Source of the DNA: Candidatus Latescibacterota bacterium
GTDB lineage: Bacteria > Latescibacterota > UBA2968 > UBA8231
Assembly (NCBI GenBank): GCA_963422735.1
Contig: OY730476.1
Coordinates: 4,448,001-4,512,000, forward strand
Direction of reading: 5' to 3'
Length of the DNA stretch: 64,000 nucleotides
A model generated the notes under the pieces. That model was given only the letters and a program-made list of their open reading frames with translations, made no database searches and had not been told where the DNA came from. This document shows, in pieces, positions 59,841 to 64,000 of the stretch; the first letter of the stretch is position 1; each line of letters begins with the position of its first letter. Made by a program: the position numbers and the translations under genes.

Positions 59841-60400
59841 AATCTATTTCTTACTACGATGGCAGTTACTCGAAAATTGCCAATAAGATAAAGGACTGTA
59901 TTAACAGTGCCCCAGAGTTTCTTTCGCCGGCGACAGCCGACAGCACAAGAGCTGTGGGTGATGCGTTAGAGGTGCTTATTGCCGATAAATTCGGTGATTT
60001 CTTAGGAAGGTGGTGTGCAGAATACTCGAGTGATTTTGCGCGTAGAGCTATGGCTGATTTGGCCTTTACAGACAAGGAGGGCTTCTATTCAGTCGTCGAT
60101 GTAAAAACTCATCGGAAGGACACCAAATTTAACATGCCCAATGTTACATCGGTCGAACGGCTGGCGCGGTTCTACGAATCTGATCAGAATATCTTTGCTC
60201 TGATAATGATTAAATATGCAGTTGAAGGCACGAAAGTTACTGTTACTGAATTTCTCGATTGGAATTGTCTGACGGTTGATGCCTTGGGATGGGACAGATT
60301 CAAATGAGCAACTCCAATGTCATAAACCTTCGAGACGGATATTCCAGAAAGTCGTGGATGCTCGAACTATGCGAAACGATGCGCTTTTTCGAAGAGCATC
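59837..60400 (+). pseudogene. Type II restriction endonuclease, frameshifted
   Basis: ADLAF.D...VDVKT (PD-D/ExK-like); frameshift after ALGW; coupled to the MTase; 3' end approximate. Confidence 0.65.
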
Positions 60401-61332
60401 TGCTGGATCGATTGGACGTCTTTCGCATCTCCCGTTCCGCATTCTGAATTCAACCTCTGTAGTGCGGCTTGATGAAATTCGGGCGCGATCTCAAAGCCTA
60501 TGAAGTGCCTATTGAGTCGCCGCGTGGCAACAGCCGTAGTGCCGCTACCCATGAACGGATCCAATACTACTTGGCCCTCTTGCGTTGTGAGCTTGATCAA
60601 GAACTCGATGAGCTTCAGCGGCTTCTGGGCCTCGTGAATTTTTTGTTCGCCCTTTTGGAAACCAAACGCCAAGAGATTTGTTGGGGTCGCGCCATGGCTC
60701 TGACACGCTTCTATGTTCATGGCTCCTACGCCTTGCTCAAGGATGTTGTCGGCAATAGTTCCGCCGATCTTATAGGGTTTTACGAACCAAGCAATCGGCT
60801 CATATAACGGTGCGAGGTTCCCCAAACGCCAGCCGCGCCACGCTTTGGCTTCTGCTTCTAACCCACGCCTCGCAAAGACAATGCTCACCCTTTGCGCTCG
60901 ATGATGCGCCGACTCTTTCTGCCAAGCGAGCATGTCCTTGAGAAGGAAACCGCTGTCTTCAAAAGCGTTGACGGCGCGGTGGATGGTGCGGCGGGCGCCG
61001 AAAACGAAGAGCGATGCGCCGCACTTCATTTTTGGCAAAAGCCGCTCAATCCAGCTTTGACACCACTGCTGATACTCTCGTCCAATATTCCTATCGGCCT
61101 GCGACCAGCCATTGATGGGCTTGCCTCGCCTCTTAAAGGCCGACTTCCCAGCCTGCGCGGGCGACTGCCCCAACAGCGCCGAGTTCGTATTGTCGTGTAA
61201 GACATCCCAGTCATCTAGGCTGATTCCATAGGGAATGTCCGACAAGAAAAGTTCAATGCTGTTGTCGGCCAAGCGCGAAATGTGATCCCGGCAGTCGCCG
61301 CGTATGATTTTGTCCAAGTACTCCTCGTTCAT
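60367..61332 (-). CDS. HindIII-like adenine DNA methyltransferase (intact)
   Basis: SDIPYGI, HEAQKP and LDPFMGSGTT; next to the HindIII-like nuclease. Confidence 0.88.
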   Translation of the reverse strand: MNEEYLDKIIRGDCRDHISRLADNSIELFLSDIPYGISLDDWDVLHDNTNSALLGQSPAQAGKSAFKRRGKPINGWSQADRNIGREYQQWCQSWIERLLPKMKCGASLFVFGARRTIHRAVNAFEDSGFLLKDMLAWQKESAHHRAQRVSIVFARRGLEAEAKAWRGWRLGNLAPLYEPIAWFVKPYKIGGTIADNILEQGVGAMNIEACQSHGATPTNLLAFGFQKGEQKIHEAQKPLKLIEFLIKLTTQEGQVVLDPFMGSGTTAVATRRLNRHFIGFEIAPEFHQAALQRLNSECGTGDAKDVQSIQQMLFEKAHRFA

Positions 61333-61344
61333 GCCGCCTCCAAG

Positions 61345-62241
61345 TCAAGGGTGCCGTTTTTGGCAACGGATTGAACCTTTTGAACCTTGTTGTCGAGTGT
61401 CCTCCACTTTAGCACCTCCTTCTATCGCGTCAGCGCGCGATAATCTCATAATTCGCTCTCGCTCCGCAGCGAGAAAAGTAAGTGCTTCTTCTTTCGAGAT
61501 AAGTATGGCCTCGTTTGATGCGAGTTTCTCATCCCGCCATATTGCACTGATTACTCCGTCAAAATCCAAAAATATGCGGTTTACTGTCTGCCAGTAGCTA
61601 GCTGCATTCGTTGACTAATTCATCGCTTCGACCGTTCTAAACATCTCGTGAACCAACTCCAATACCTTGTTCTGTGTTGATTCTTGGGCATAACGAACAA
61701 GCACGGCTAGATGTGCATAAGTCGCAATACAAACAGATCTATCAGCGGCCTGTTTATATATCTGACTTGCTCGAGAGGGCAATTGATATACCGGACAAAC
61801 AAGCATCGCATAGGGCTTCCCATGCTTCCAGTTATCCATTGCTTGTACCTTGAAATCTTTCTGATTCTTCGCTGTGCAGCTCAGTCTAAATACTTTTGCA
61901 TCAGCGACAAAACTGTAGTCGTCAGTGACGCACTCAACATCAGCTACATTCGCTCGCTCCTTGAGAACCTGGCTCGTAAACCCCATTGCACTATATGCTG
62001 TATGAATCACAACATCAGTGTACTTAGAGTACAGTTTCTCTTAGCTAGTATCGTGCCCATAGTGCTCCGGGATTGCACCACATAAACGCAGATGTCCAAG
62101 CAGGGAGTCAATACCTTGTGCTTGGACTTCCTGCGCTAGCTCTTGCTCAATCCTTGCGGCATCAACGCCAAAATCGCCACTTAGACGACTCATCTCGTCG
62201 ATCCAGTACTTTCGGTTCTCCACTTGTTCTTTGGTAATCAC
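61345..62241 (-). pseudogene. HindIII-family restriction endonuclease with nonsense mutations
   Basis: GAIPE.YGHDTS*EKLYSKY, VADAKVFRLS.TAKNQKDFKV; in-frame stops at 62041 and 61615. Confidence 0.88.
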
Positions 62242-62312
62242 CGCAACTCCATTGTGTGTCCGTTGCTCGTCTTGCGTCTTGTGGATTTACGTCCCTCTCC
62301 TGCTACCAGCCG

Positions 62313-63626
62313 CTACAAATAGCTATTGACGATATTTTCTAGCATTTCCTCGCGGCCGCTGCGCTTTTCCGGCTCGCCGTGCTGATGGACGTATGCTGCT
62401 AGCTCGGCGAAGTTGGTCTCGCCGCGCATGATCTTTTCGCCGATGCCGCTGCGGTACGAGGCGTAGCGCGCTTCCACAAAGGCGTCGAGTGCGCCGTCGT
62501 CGATGATGCGCTGGGCCAGCGTCAGCCCGCGGGCAAACGAGTCCATGCCGCCGATGTGGGCGTGGAAGAGATCCTCCAAGTCGCAGGATCCGCGCCGCAC
62601 CTTGGCGTCGAAGTTGATGCCGCCGGGCGCGATGCCGCCTTGTTTGAGAATCACCAACATGGCGTGAGTGGTGGAGTAGAGGTCGGTGGGAAATTGGTCG
62701 GTGTCCCAGCCGAGCAGGTAATCGCCGCGGTTGGCGTCAATGCTGCCCAGTTTGCTCTCGGCTGAGGCGAGCTGAAGGTCGTGTTCAAAGGTGTGGCCGG
62801 CTAGGGTGGCGTGATTGGCTTCGATGTTGAGTTTGAACTCGTCCAACAGGTCGTATTTGCGGAGGAAGCTCAAGACCGTGGCCGCGTCGTAGTCGTACTG
62901 ATGCTTAGTCGGCTCTTTGGGCTTGGGCTCCACGAGCAAGGTGCCGGTAAAGCCGATCGCCTTTTTGTGTTCGACGGCCATCTGCAAGAAGCGTGCGAGT
63001 TGGTCCTGCTCGTGGGCCATGTTGGTGTTGAGCAGGCTGGAGTACCCCTCGCGCCCACCCCAAAACACGTAGTTGGCTCCTCCGAGCCGATGCGTGCATT
63101 CCATGGCCTTCTCGATCTGCGCTGCGGCCCAGGCGAAGACGTGGGCGTCGGGGTTGGTGGCGGCCCCGTGGGTAAAGCGCGCGTGCGAGAAACAGTTGGA
63201 CGTGCCCCAGAGCAAGCGGACGCCTGTGTCGGCTTGCAATTGCTCGGCCAGCCCCACGATGTGGTCGAGGCGGTCGTTGCTCTCTTTGAGGGTCTCGCCT
63301 TCGGGCGCGATGTCGCGGTCGTGCCAGCAGTAGAAAGGCGCGCCGAGTTTGGTGATGAACTCAAAGGCCGCGTGCAAAGTGTCCTCGGCGCGCTGCATGG
63401 AGTCGGTGGCGCGGTCCCAAGGCCGGTCGTACACCGGAGTTGGGCCAAAGGGATCAATGCCCCCGCCCTTAAAGCTGTGCCAAAAGGCCACGGAGAAGCG
63501 CAAGTGCTCGGCCATAGTCTTGTCGCCGACCATCGCCTCGGCGTCGTAGTGCTTGAAGGCTAGAGGATTTTTCGAGTCTAGGCCTTCGTACGCAATTTTT
63601 TCGATGCCCTTAAAAAATTCGCTCAT
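62313..63626 (-). CDS. xylA: Xylose isomerase (class II)
   Basis: WHDRD, WGGREGY, EPKPKEP, NIEANHA and GWDTDQF. Confidence 0.96.
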   Translation of the reverse strand: MSEFFKGIEKIAYEGLDSKNPLAFKHYDAEAMVGDKTMAEHLRFSVAFWHSFKGGGIDPFGPTPVYDRPWDRATDSMQRAEDTLHAAFEFITKLGAPFYCWHDRDIAPEGETLKESNDRLDHIVGLAEQLQADTGVRLLWGTSNCFSHARFTHGAATNPDAHVFAWAAAQIEKAMECTHRLGGANYVFWGGREGYSSLLNTNMAHEQDQLARFLQMAVEHKKAIGFTGTLLVEPKPKEPTKHQYDYDAATVLSFLRKYDLLDEFKLNIEANHATLAGHTFEHDLQLASAESKLGSIDANRGDYLLGWDTDQFPTDLYSTTHAMLVILKQGGIAPGGINFDAKVRRGSCDLEDLFHAHIGGMDSFARGLTLAQRIIDDGALDAFVEARYASYRSGIGEKIMRGETNFAELAAYVHQHGEPEKRSGREEMLENIVNSYL

Positions 63627-63655
63627 GGTTTGCCCTTTCTGAGTTATGCGGTGGG

Positions 63656-64000
63656 TTATAGGAAATTCAACAGGTCCAGTGGCTCGGCGAGCAAGGCGAG
63701 GGCACCGCTTTGACGCAGTTCGTCTGCAGAGCGAAAGCCCCACGTGGCCCCCAAGGCGTACATGCCAGCCCGCGCGGCAGTCTGCATATCCGTGTCTGTG
63801 TCGCCCAAGTAGAGGCAGTTCTCCGGGCTGAAGCCGAGGGTGGCGGCGATGTGCAGGGCCGCGGCTGGGTCGGGCTTGCGCGGGACATCGGGCTGGGCTC
63901 CGCAGACCGGGTAAAAGGACCAGTGCGGCAGCAGCGCATCCACGGCGAGGCGCGTAAAGGCTTGGGGCTTATTGGAGAGGATGGCCATGGGTATGCCGTG
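63656..64000 (-). CDS. HAD family phosphatase (Gph-like), 5' end outside the window
   Basis: LSNK, RKPDP, YLGDT..D and GATWGFR. Confidence 0.9.
   Translation of the reverse strand, partial: HGIPMAILSNKPQAFTRLAVDALLPHWSFYPVCGAQPDVPRKPDPAAALHIAATLGFSPENCLYLGDTDTDMQTAARAGMYALGATWGFRSADELRQSGALALLAEPLDLLNFL

Overview
A GC-rich bacterial chromosomal window. The gene repertoire (FlgD-Ig-tailed proteins, a C-terminal TWGxIK motif, a DUF6785-type membrane protein, PhyH and sugar-isomerase paralogs, many pseudogenes) suggests Ca. Latescibacterota or a related FCB lineage, possibly host-associated. This placement is inference only. Core content: a suf Fe-S operon (sufB, sufC, sufD, sufS, sufU, sufT, Rrf2), a DUF4175/TPR/AsnB-like/MoxR/DUF58 operon, glnS, dapL, nadA coupled to a small RHH gene, xylA and a HAD phosphatase. 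The most striking uncharacterised feature is a ~25 kb envelope locus (29.0-53.7 kb). It holds three paralogous large exported proteins with C-terminal FlgD-Ig tails, a SurA/PrsA-like PPIase lipoprotein, a PPIase-less SurA-core/TPR fusion, two GT-C glycosyltransferase-TPR proteins, a probable Ca-binding beta-barrel, a TWGRIK-tailed protein, a DUF6785 membrane protein and a CRTAC1-like propeller. Accessory DNA sits between housekeeping genes and is mostly decayed: a collapsed Swt1-HEPN/DUF499/DUF1156/GIY-YIG remnant inside suf, four broken TA toxins (three beside intact partners), two broken RM systems leaving one intact HindIII-like MTase, and a PolA fragment. Mobile DNA includes two copies of an IS1595(ISNha5)-like MITE with 8-bp TSDs, an IS5 remnant and heptamer-repeat hairpins. 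No rRNA, tRNA or CRISPR array was seen. All family assignments come from motif recognition by eye, not database searches.
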